Origin: a virus | Taxonomy: Duplodnaviria > Heunggongvirae > Uroviricota > Caudoviricetes | Virus record (IMG/VR): IMGVR_UViG_3300028048_000100 | Coordinates: 1-33,213 of that record | Reading direction: 5' to 3' (one strand) | Length of the DNA: 33,213 nt | Shown: positions 16,973 to 24,576 of the stretch, piece by piece | Numbering within the stretch: position 1 is the first letter of the stretch | Layout of the letters: every line of letters begins with the position of its first letter | The notes under the pieces: model-generated | The model's input: the letters and a program-made list of their open reading frames with translations, nothing else | What the model was told of the DNA's origin: nothing | Databases searched by the model: none | Made by a program: the position numbers and the translations under genes

Positions 16973-17377
16973 TTAATGAATTACTTTGATTACTTCTTTA
17001 TAGTGACGAGGATAGAACGTCTCTCTGATGACAATCTCATCCCCTTCTTTAACTTTGCTGTACACATCATAACCATACCACTCCTCCAGGTTTTCACTAT
17101 GCATGTAGTACACTTTATAGTGATGCCGCGTTACTCTATGCCCACCTCGTCCTGGGCCGTGACCAACCCAATGGCTGGTTGTCCAAGAGTGACGCTTAGT
17201 GACCTTGCCGATATACTCTATTGGCTGTGAGTATCTGACCAGAGTTGAATCGCCTCTGAGGTCGTACTCCCACACGTAAATAGAATCTTCAGTCATATGG
17301 TCGATCCGGTCTCGCCTGCAGCTATTCAAGCAGACTAGGCAAGTGCATGTCAATATGAATAGAAATATTTTTCTCAT
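16973..17377 (-). CDS. Predicted lipoprotein
   Basis: MRKIFLFILTCTCLVCLNSC: basic N-region, hydrophobic core, lipobox-like LNSC. Confidence 0.65.
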   Translation of the reverse strand: MRKIFLFILTCTCLVCLNSCRRDRIDHMTEDSIYVWEYDLRGDSTLVRYSQPIEYIGKVTKRHSWTTSHWVGHGPGRGGHRVTRHHYKVYYMHSENLEEWYGYDVYSKVKEGDEIVIRETFYPRHYKEVIKVIH

Positions 17378-17410
17378 ATGTCTATATGCAAACAATTTGA
17401 AAAACTTTAG
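17378..17410 (-). promoter_or_regulatory. Promoter motif copy 5
   Basis: CTAAA-GTTTTTCAAATTGTTTG(17)-CATATAGACAT, immediately followed by ATG. Confidence 0.7.
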
Positions 17411-17412
17411 GA

Positions 17413-17706
17413 TTATTGTACAGTAACTTCGTCAATTTCCCAATTCTCGTATTTGCCGCAATACTTGATCCAGGATCGATCACACTTTTGCTCAAACTCG
17501 GGCTGCTTTTTGTTGTTGAAGTATGTATCTTTTTTAAGGCGCTCAAGAGCCTCAGTGAAACCTACGGTCAAATGACCAACAGCCTTGTGATAATCATCGA
17601 ATATCCTCGTTTGGGTGTACGGTGCCCATAGTTCTGAATCAAAATTACTACTAACACTGGTGTAAACCAGTACGTATAGTGATTTCTTCTTATTATCGTT
17701 TTCCAT
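17413..17706 (-). CDS. Hypothetical protein
   Basis: 97 aa. Confidence 0.7.
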   Translation of the reverse strand: MENDNKKKSLYVLVYTSVSSNFDSELWAPYTQTRIFDDYHKAVGHLTVGFTEALERLKKDTYFNNKKQPEFEQKCDRSWIKYCGKYENWEIDEVTVQ

Positions 17707-17708
17707 GA

Positions 17709-18011
17709 CTATGCCTTGTTAATATATAGACTTCCAACGTATGAGTTTTGTCCGCGCAATTCAATGCCATTTGCGAGAAGCTTGATGACGCTGGCTTCTT
17801 CATCTGTCAACCACATCGGCACGTCACAATGGTCCTCAGACGCCAGCGTGACGATGTACTTTTGACGCTTGGGCTTGGGATCATCTGCAGCATCTACACA
17901 GGATGATATGTACTCAACTGCGGTGTCTAGATTAGCTGTATCGATTGGGTCTTTCTCTCCGTTCCAGGAGATGAACAACTCAATAACATTTCGGATTTCA
18001 CTCTTTGTCAT
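17709..18011 (-). CDS. Hypothetical protein
   Basis: 100 aa; ends in TAG 2 nt before the next ATG. Confidence 0.7.
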   Translation of the reverse strand: MTKSEIRNVIELFISWNGEKDPIDTANLDTAVEYISSCVDAADDPKPKRQKYIVTLASEDHCDVPMWLTDEEASVIKLLANGIELRGQNSYVGSLYINKA

Positions 18012-18115
18012 ACTCTTTCAGGGTATTCTTCGTGGATGTACTCAATCACATACTGCCATACATCGACAGTATAAATGTAGTTTCCTACACGAACATTTAA
18101 TCTGTAACTATTCAT
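18008..18115 (-). CDS. Small hypothetical protein (35 aa)
   Basis: MNSYRLNVRVGNYIYTVDVWQYVIEYIHEEYPERV; track ORF 18008..18265 shortened to avoid a 137-nt overlap. Confidence 0.5.
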   Translation of the reverse strand: MNSYRLNVRVGNYIYTVDVWQYVIEYIHEEYPERV

Positions 18116-18128
18116 CTTTGTATTTATT

Positions 18129-18488
18129 TTATCGCCAATCCCAATGGCATTCTTGACATTCGAAACGATCCACAAACATTCCAGCATGACAGTGTACTTT
18201 CCGGGACCCGCATCGTGGGCATTTCCACATGTCATTTGGATCAGGCTTGTATAGTTTACTCTCAATCTCCCACTTCTGCTCTTCGGTAATCTTATCTAAT
18301 TCGTAGCTATAGAAGCTTTTACGAGTGCCATTATTGAACTCGGCCTCATACAGCACGCGACTACCCTCGTAGCTATCATACACTCCAGTGATCTTACCAA
18401 TAATGCCCGGCTTACCGAATGGATTGTATCGGTCTTCATATTTCTTCGCGAATACTACGAAGTCACCTTCTTGAAATTTCCGTTTCAT
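18129..18488 (-). CDS. SH3-like module plus C-terminal zinc ribbon
   Basis: KFQEGDFVVF...FYSYELDKI; CPRC...CQEC. Confidence 0.75.
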   Translation of the reverse strand: MKRKFQEGDFVVFAKKYEDRYNPFGKPGIIGKITGVYDSYEGSRVLYEAEFNNGTRKSFYSYELDKITEEQKWEIESKLYKPDPNDMWKCPRCGSRKVHCHAGMFVDRFECQECHWDWR

Positions 18489-18489
18489 A

Positions 18490-19335
18490 TCAGTACAGTC
18501 CCCAAGCTGTTTTTAACAAATCTTTGTGAGCATTAGCGAAGGCAACTGCGTCCTCATGAGTCCGGAAGTATAGCGCTCGCGATTCGGCAAGGCGAACCAG
18601 GATGCACCAACGATGTTTCGACATAGTAGAGATAACGTACTTTGTCTCTTTGTCGTTGTCCCAATCAGGTTGCCACCCGCCAGTCCATACGTAGCGTAAG
18701 AAGATCAACTTACCGAGCGCGAAATATTTCGACATGAGTTCTTTGGTCGGCATACACACTCCGGTAGAAGCCGTGTTAAATAAATCTCCACGTTTGCAGT
18801 GTGTGTCGATGATGTTCTCGCTATCGGAGTCTCCAGCAATTCTGCGATACACCTTGCCAACAAAGTCTCTACAGAGTTCACCCCACGTTTTTGGCTTCAT
18901 AGCCATCAACTCTTTCTCCGAGAACAGGCGCAATGCGAGCTGTTTAAGTTCAGCATTACCAGAGTCATACCAGCATTTTGCGGTCTCTAGAGATACCTTC
19001 ATCATGCGGGTAGTTGGCGTTAACTCAGGTGCAGGCGTCAGATCTGGTTTATGTATAACCTCAGGAGCTGCTTTAGAAGGGCGCAGATCGTATGCAGTTA
19101 AGCGAAGTAGACGAGGACAATCGGGGAACTGAACGAGGTATACGAACCGGTTGTCATGACGCTTATCTGATACTCCAACGACGGTACCTATTGCATGTTG
19201 TGCACCTGGGCGATAATTTTCTGCTCGAGTTGGGTTGATAATCACTTGGTCACCGGGTTTATACTTGCTCCGCTTCATATCGATGGGAGCTTTTGCATTT
19301 ACTGTTGGCCTTGGTGTTAATCTGCTAATCTTCAT
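18490..19335 (-). CDS. Multi-module phage protein (SH3-like + helical module + GWxPDW domain)
   Basis: KYKPGDQVII...TAYDL; VSLETAKCWY...LALRLF; WTGGWQPDW...LYFRTHEDA. Confidence 0.75.
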   Translation of the reverse strand: MKISRLTPRPTVNAKAPIDMKRSKYKPGDQVIINPTRAENYRPGAQHAIGTVVGVSDKRHDNRFVYLVQFPDCPRLLRLTAYDLRPSKAAPEVIHKPDLTPAPELTPTTRMMKVSLETAKCWYDSGNAELKQLALRLFSEKELMAMKPKTWGELCRDFVGKVYRRIAGDSDSENIIDTHCKRGDLFNTASTGVCMPTKELMSKYFALGKLIFLRYVWTGGWQPDWDNDKETKYVISTMSKHRWCILVRLAESRALYFRTHEDAVAFANAHKDLLKTAWGLY

Positions 19336-19354
19336 ATAGATTCATTTTTAAAAG

Positions 19355-19726
19355 TTATGCTACTTTTTCGAGTAATTCTCTTAGATGTTTCCGTGCTGCA
19401 GCTAGCTGTTTTCCAATAGAGTCAATCTCTTGCATTGCTAAGAATATCTCTTTGCGAATCTCTCGATTTGAAACCATGCGAGGTTTATATTCGCCACGAA
19501 TGAAGTCGACGATATCAAACTCACTTTCACTCTTCGTGAACAGAGTGCCTTTTGAGGTGAAGAACATGTGTCGATTTTGGCTTTCGTAATGGTAAGCGTA
19601 CAAACCCGCCGGATCTTCATAAGGTTCGATTGCATCGCCAGGAATCTCGTCGCCATTACGCATTACGAAATAACCTTTGATCTTGCTCTTCAGGCAAGCG
19701 TTTACTAAAAATTCAAACTCTTCCAT
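19355..19726 (-). CDS. Hypothetical protein with C-terminal coiled coil
   Basis: 123 aa. Confidence 0.7.
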   Translation of the reverse strand: MEEFEFLVNACLKSKIKGYFVMRNGDEIPGDAIEPYEDPAGLYAYHYESQNRHMFFTSKGTLFTKSESEFDIVDFIRGEYKPRMVSNREIRKEIFLAMQEIDSIGKQLAAARKHLRELLEKVA

Positions 19727-19727
19727 A

Positions 19728-20117
19728 TTACAATACCTCGTAGGATTTGGTTACTTTTACAATTTGAATGTGTTCTGGACCGAGATCCACCCATCCACCA
19801 CCTTCTCCTTGAAAATACCGAGTGATATAACCGCGATTTCGAAATGACACCAAATCATCATCTGAGATAGGCATCATTGTCCCTTTACGAAGAGATGCGG
19901 TACCTTTCCTTATTCCTTTGTGGAAGCGCGCGAAATACTCAATTGTGGGCAGCATCTCGGGAACTGACGTGGTTTCCAGCTGTGTCTTAACGTTGGCGTA
20001 GATACTATCCATTTCAGGATATTTACGCCAATGTTCATCACAATAAGCCATGCCTCGTTTTAAAAGCTCCAAGATACGGTCTTTTTCTCGATCTTTTAAT
20101 GCGATGATATAATTCAT
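19728..20117 (-). CDS. Hypothetical protein
   Basis: 129 aa, first gene after promoter copy 6. Confidence 0.7.
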   Translation of the reverse strand: MNYIIALKDREKDRILELLKRGMAYCDEHWRKYPEMDSIYANVKTQLETTSVPEMLPTIEYFARFHKGIRKGTASLRKGTMMPISDDDLVSFRNRGYITRYFQGEGGGWVDLGPEHIQIVKVTKSYEVL

Positions 20118-20139
20118 ATACTAATATATTCAATATGTT

Positions 20140-20182
20140 ATATCTATATACAAAAAAGAGGAAATCTTTAGGGATTTCCTCT
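20140..20182 (-). promoter_or_regulatory. Promoter motif copy 6 fused to a terminator hairpin
   Basis: AGAGGAAATC-CCTAAA-GATTTCCTCT then TTTTTG TATATAGATAT; spacer 16. Confidence 0.8.
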
Positions 20183-20202
20183 GAAAAAAAATACAAAGCA
20201 TA

Positions 20203-21102
20203 TTATGCATATCTCATCACAATCATCGGGCGGCGTTCATAACCTTCGCCCTTATTTGGGTCACCCCGCCAGCACCAGGAATGCGGCTCAACGGCTCCAT
20301 TGATCTTTTCTGCAGTCCAAAAAATACTTTCGTGAATGCATTGCCGAATGGTGCCTTGATAATACTCAATCTCTCGTTGAGCAGGAATGTGCCAGCCATT
20401 ATACAATGCGAAATCTCGAGCGAACCTCATAGAGCACCAATTGTGACCTTCTTTCATGAAATTGGTACAATCGATTCGCGAAACCCAAGCAATTGGACGT
20501 CCGTGTTCATTCAATTCAAGCACGAATGCTTTGCGACCAGCAACGGTCACTTCATCACCCACTTGAGCCTTCTTAACGGGTTCTGGGTTCAGTTGAGCAA
20601 CTGGGAACAACTTCAACGCTATCTCTTTAAGTTTACCACCCAATCTCCACCATCCACGTGCTTCAGTTAGGCTCACGTTCATCGTCTTGACAGGCTCCTC
20701 TGCCGCCTGCTCCGATATGATGACTTTGGTCTGTCTCATCCAGGGGTGGGGTTTGAGATGCTCGGCAACCTCTTTCTTGATTTCCTGAGCCAACTGTTTG
20801 TCATGCTCTTCGATCATCCTTTTGTGAGAAGGTCCATATTCCACCAACTCTAACTGATAGGAATAGAACTTCAGATACAATGGTGTAGTGCGACCTCTAT
20901 CCAGTTTTGTGAAGTTTACTGCGTAACAATAACGTCCAGTGATGTTCGAACCATAGGTGTGGTCTACGCGACCAACGCATCCTTTGAGTGTGGATGCCGG
21001 GATTCGCGTGTATGAGCCGTTCTCAGTAAACGTCCGAACCCACTTGATATTTGGGGTAAGCTTGACCTTATCCCCGACTGTGAATTTTGTGCTTGGTAAC
21101 AT
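20203..21102 (-). CDS. Multi-module protein: SH3-like + helical module + possible DUF1566/C-type-lectin-like C-terminus
   Basis: KFTVGDKVKL...FYSYQLEL; VSLTEARGWW...IALKLF; NWCSMRFA...GWHIPAQREI...FWTAE...SWCW; start ATG 21102. Confidence 0.7.
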   Translation of the reverse strand: MLPSTKFTVGDKVKLTPNIKWVRTFTENGSYTRIPASTLKGCVGRVDHTYGSNITGRYCYAVNFTKLDRGRTTPLYLKFYSYQLELVEYGPSHKRMIEEHDKQLAQEIKKEVAEHLKPHPWMRQTKVIISEQAAEEPVKTMNVSLTEARGWWRLGGKLKEIALKLFPVAQLNPEPVKKAQVGDEVTVAGRKAFVLELNEHGRPIAWVSRIDCTNFMKEGHNWCSMRFARDFALYNGWHIPAQREIEYYQGTIRQCIHESIFWTAEKINGAVEPHSWCWRGDPNKGEGYERRPMIVMRYA

Positions 21103-21104
21103 AC

Positions 21105-21707
21105 TTATTTTGTTTTTGGTATATAACAATATATGGCTATCTCAGATGTAGGGATGCACATGCCGGTTCGATCTTGGAAGAATACAACTCCATCTTTCAT
21201 TACGAGTTGGCCACTGAGCTTCTGTTCTGCCTTGGTTTGAGTCGCCTTAGTTCTGATTCGCATCGGTTTGTACAAGAGTATACCAGGTAGCTTAGAACTC
21301 AATGTATTACTACTTTCTTTAGGCCAAGGTTTGAACGTGTTATAGGCCTTGCAGCCCTCTACGCATGTTATGCACTTATTTTTGCCTGTTGACAAATCTT
21401 CAATCAACCAATAATAGTCTTCATCTGTCACTTGTACACCTTTAAATATACCAATCTCACCATGGGTAGTTTTACAAATATCTCCCACGTGATACTTAGC
21501 CATCTTGAGGATATCCGGGCGTCTTTTGAACATCTTTTTAACCTCCCAGCGGTTAAGGTCAGCCGGCTTGAGGTTGTACTCGGTGATATACCAGATATTG
21601 GAATCATCCTTAGCCCCACAGAGTTGTCTGTAGTAGTTCCAGTGGCGGCACACATCCAAGTACTCATCCAGCGTTTCAACTTCTATGTAATATGGTTTGA
21701 TTTTCAT
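21105..21707 (-). CDS. Hypothetical protein with internal KOW/SH3-like module
   Basis: KYHVGDICKTTHGEIGIFKG; TAATG overlap with the upstream stop. Confidence 0.75.
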   Translation of the reverse strand: MKIKPYYIEVETLDEYLDVCRHWNYYRQLCGAKDDSNIWYITEYNLKPADLNRWEVKKMFKRRPDILKMAKYHVGDICKTTHGEIGIFKGVQVTDEDYYWLIEDLSTGKNKCITCVEGCKAYNTFKPWPKESSNTLSSKLPGILLYKPMRIRTKATQTKAEQKLSGQLVMKDGVVFFQDRTGMCIPTSEIAIYCYIPKTK

Positions 21708-22465
21708 TAGGCTTTAACAACTTCGTGTCTATATGGGTCTGCTGCGAGAGGAACTGTTTGTAAACCTAGACGGTTCATCCATTCATATGCAGCTTTTTTT
21801 GTTACAAAATGTGTAGCAGTATCCTTATTGTCTACATATGCATACGATGAACCAAATGATTTATCTTGTCCGTCCGAATTTAACTTCAAATAATTGGTGT
21901 AAATTGGAACGTCACCTGGTTTATAGTCCTCAAGGCGATCATAAATAAGACGCCGAATTACATACTCATCAGGCATGTCGTTCACTGGTTTATCATCATT
22001 TTTGATCACAGGCATTTTTATCAACTTCAACGAATTCATGTCGCTATAGTCGAATGCAGAACTACCAGTAACATCATATGAAATTATTGAGTCTAGTGTA
22101 ATTGTCCCGAGATTGTCCACACCCCATGCACGTTGAGCACCCCATAATTGAACACCTGCATCAATCATCTGTTTGACGAGCTTGCCTTTCGGTGTATTTA
22201 ATATCTCGAGTGATGCATAGATGCCGTCATCCTTCATTTCGACATTGACTACCTTATGTGAAAGATCCGATAGGTTCAACCCATTGGTAAAGTCATATTG
22301 AGACTGCTCCAGCACACCTCCAACGAATGCACCGGAGTTCATTCTTAGTTTGAAATCTTCAAATGCTTTTTGCACACTCTCCTTAGTGTACACTCGACCG
22401 TTGCACCCCCTACGATCAAATGGGAGTACCATGCCGCTTAAAATGTATTTTATCTCTTGTTTCAT
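21707..22465 (-). CDS. Prohead protease (T4 gp21, peptidase S77-like) paralog, catalytic residues substituted, extra C-terminal domain
   Basis: NGRVY.K, LSHKV, GIYASLEILNTPKGKLVKQMIDAG and YDV motifs are conserved; ELxHP appears as VLEQS and GVSSRG as WGAQRA. Confidence 0.75.
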   Translation of the reverse strand: MKQEIKYILSGMVLPFDRRGCNGRVYTKESVQKAFEDFKLRMNSGAFVGGVLEQSQYDFTNGLNLSDLSHKVVNVEMKDDGIYASLEILNTPKGKLVKQMIDAGVQLWGAQRAWGVDNLGTITLDSIISYDVTGSSAFDYSDMNSLKLIKMPVIKNDDKPVNDMPDEYVIRRLIYDRLEDYKPGDVPIYTNYLKLNSDGQDKSFGSSYAYVDNKDTATHFVTKKAAYEWMNRLGLQTVPLAADPYRHEVVKA

Positions 22466-22899
22466 AGCCTTATTGTTTTAATTGGTCGCCATACATACCG
22501 CCAAAAACCAAAACCCTGATCTTCGTACCTAGTAAAAAGACTTCTGAATTTTCTCCAATGGTATTCCAAACAGCTTAGCTTACGGATCACACGATATGAG
22601 TCTTTTGCATGCCCAATCACCTTAACGCCGTGCTGCTTGCATGCTATCATCTCAGGACTGTCGTGGTATACATTACAGCGTCCGCATATCCCAGATGTGA
22701 TATAGATCTCACTGTCACATATAGTGACCTTACCAGTCAGTTCTTCTTTATGCATGGCAGGCATAACCAGTGTCGGGTGATCCGACAGTCCAGCATGAAT
22801 AGTGCCACTGATGCGATTGTAAACGTGTTCTACTAGTACAAGGTCTCCACCATTGCACTCATCCCCCATAGGTTCAGTCAGATGTTTGAGGACTCCCAT
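22462..22899 (-). CDS. Hypothetical protein
   Basis: Start ATG 22899 (MGVLKHL), 2 nt after the TK stop. Confidence 0.65.
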   Translation of the reverse strand: MGVLKHLTEPMGDECNGGDLVLVEHVYNRISGTIHAGLSDHPTLVMPAMHKEELTGKVTICDSEIYITSGICGRCNVYHDSPEMIACKQHGVKVIGHAKDSYRVIRKLSCLEYHWRKFRSLFTRYEDQGFGFWRYVWRPIKTIRL

Positions 22900-22900
22900 A

Positions 22901-23467
22901 TCATTCAGGTAGTTTACTGTAGAACTCCTTGCGCGACATAGATTGATACTTATCCTCACGTCCCAGTACTACTTGAGGTCCATCCATAGTGATCTGACCA
23001 TCTACTAAACGCGCGTTGATGATGACTTTGTTGCCTTCAGCATCGATATCCTCTATCTCGTGCAATTCATCAGCCAATTCGAATAAACGCTTGGATCCCT
23101 CAAATAGCTGCGTACGGAAATCAGTACGTAGACCATAACAGATGACGGTGATGTCTAACTCCGGATTGTCTACCAAAGCAGCGAGATACGCCACTTGTTT
23201 GGAAGATAAGAACTGAGCCTCATCCACAAGGATATAGCGAATGTATTTTAGATTATCCTCTACAAACCACTCTCCGTCTTTCCACATCAAACATGGCAGC
23301 TTTTCCTGAAGCGGTCTAGAAGATATATACTCACCGTCCCGTGTATCTGTAGCAGGTTTAAACACGAGATATGGTATGTCTTTGTTGCGCAATTTGGCTG
23401 CGAATGCGAGCAGCTGGAGTGACTTGCCGGCATTCATCGCTCCATAGTAAAATACTAATCTATTCAT
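22901..23467 (-). CDS. tdk: Thymidine kinase (type II / TK1-like)
   Basis: YGAMNAGKS, LVDEAQF, YGLRTDF, FEGS..LFELAD. Confidence 0.93.
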   Translation of the reverse strand: MNRLVFYYGAMNAGKSLQLLAFAAKLRNKDIPYLVFKPATDTRDGEYISSRPLQEKLPCLMWKDGEWFVEDNLKYIRYILVDEAQFLSSKQVAYLAALVDNPELDITVICYGLRTDFRTQLFEGSKRLFELADELHEIEDIDAEGNKVIINARLVDGQITMDGPQVVLGREDKYQSMSRKEFYSKLPE

Positions 23468-23717
23468 ATTCTTCTACGATTTCTTCATTGTATTTGCAAC
23501 CGTCTCTATCATTTTTAATTGCATGTTCAGCCTCTGTTAGAGTTTCATAGCAACCGTCTGTCCAACCGTCTATGTTATTGAAATTATACCACCACAAAAA
23601 TCCTAAAAATCGTTTTTGAGCAATATATTCAGTACGTGTAATTGGATTGATAGATTTACCATCTGAATTTATCTGCCAATATGTCTGTTCTCGCTTTAGA
23701 ATCCTATATCTTTTCAT
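23460..23717 (-). CDS. Hypothetical protein (KRFLGFLWWY-type phage domain)
   Basis: Start ATG 23717; ends in TAG overlapping the TK start. Confidence 0.7.
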   Translation of the reverse strand: MKRYRILKREQTYWQINSDGKSINPITRTEYIAQKRFLGFLWWYNFNNIDGWTDGCYETLTEAEHAIKNDRDGCKYNEEIVEEYE

Positions 23718-23731
23718 TATAACTATTATTT

Positions 23732-24298
23732 TTACCAATCTTCTGTATCTGTGATGTCCTGTGACTCACCACACTTATTGCACTTGATATTGACCAGTGG
23801 GCCGAGGCCTCCGGGAGTGATAGTGTAAGTGAACTGCATACCAAGCGTTGAGAATGCGAGCTTGCCTTCGCGCTTGAAATCATCACGATGGTTGTGCTTC
23901 TTTATGAAATCACGGGCGCGTTGTGTTTCTACCTTACCTAGTTCGAAGACAATATTATCATTACCATCAGGGTTGCAATATTTCTCATGCAGTCCTTTTG
24001 ACGGCTCATCCCAGGTATGGCCACAATTGCAGCACTTGACTGGATAAACGTCTTTGGCGGGGTTTGATGATTTTATCGCTACGCGTTTTTCTGTGACGAA
24101 TCGACGTTTCCCAGTACTGTTACCATTCTCATCGGTTTCAATCACAATCTTTGTCGTCTCTTCTTCAACCTCACGCGGTTCAAACAATTTGCGCTCGATG
24201 TCGTTTGAATGCACAACAAGTTCAGCCTTACAATGCGGACAGGTGAGCAAATAGTGCGGACTATGATATGTATTGAAAGCTTCTTGGCGTGTTTTCAT
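23732..24298 (-). CDS. Zinc-ribbon-containing protein
   Basis: CPHC, CCNC and CNKC pairs; C-terminal FTYTITPGGLG...DITDTEDW module. Confidence 0.75.
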   Translation of the reverse strand: MKTRQEAFNTYHSPHYLLTCPHCKAELVVHSNDIERKLFEPREVEEETTKIVIETDENGNSTGKRRFVTEKRVAIKSSNPAKDVYPVKCCNCGHTWDEPSKGLHEKYCNPDGNDNIVFELGKVETQRARDFIKKHNHRDDFKREGKLAFSTLGMQFTYTITPGGLGPLVNIKCNKCGESQDITDTEDW

Positions 24299-24309
24299 GA
24301 CACATTAGT

Positions 24310-24576
24310 TTATTTGATTGGCTGAATAGTGACTGTTACCTCTTCTTTGACAAAGTCTTCGACGTTGAAATACTTTGAGTGACCGAGGTGATTAAAATCA
24401 GGCGCATCTGGATAACCTTTTGGAAGATATGCTCGAATCTCATTACCTACAAACCCATAGTTAGTTGCATTGACACCGGAGGTGTATATCTTTCCAGTTA
24501 GATTAAGCCTATACATACGTGACTTATAGTCCAGATATAAACCCGTTGGAACGTGTTTTAAGCGATATGGAATCAT
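24310..24576 (-). CDS. Hypothetical protein
   Basis: YRLKHVPTGLY start pattern; coupled to the dUTPase. Confidence 0.7.
   Translation of the reverse strand: MIPYRLKHVPTGLYLDYKSRMYRLNLTGKIYTSGVNATNYGFVGNEIRAYLPKGYPDAPDFNHLGHSKYFNVEDFVKEEVTVTIQPIK

Noticed and set aside
18115-18265. 137-nt overlap between track ORFs 18008-18265 and 18129-18488 as a true overlapping gene
   Set aside because: A downstream ATG at 18115 removes the overlap, and the 18129 ORF has a coherent zinc ribbon in that region
9884-20182. Repeated GAGGAAATC...GATTTCCTC palindrome as a CRISPR array or transposon end
   Set aside because: Only three copies, kilobases apart, with no regular spacers, no cas or transposase, and all at operon boundaries. 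It is better explained as a terminator-promoter cassette.
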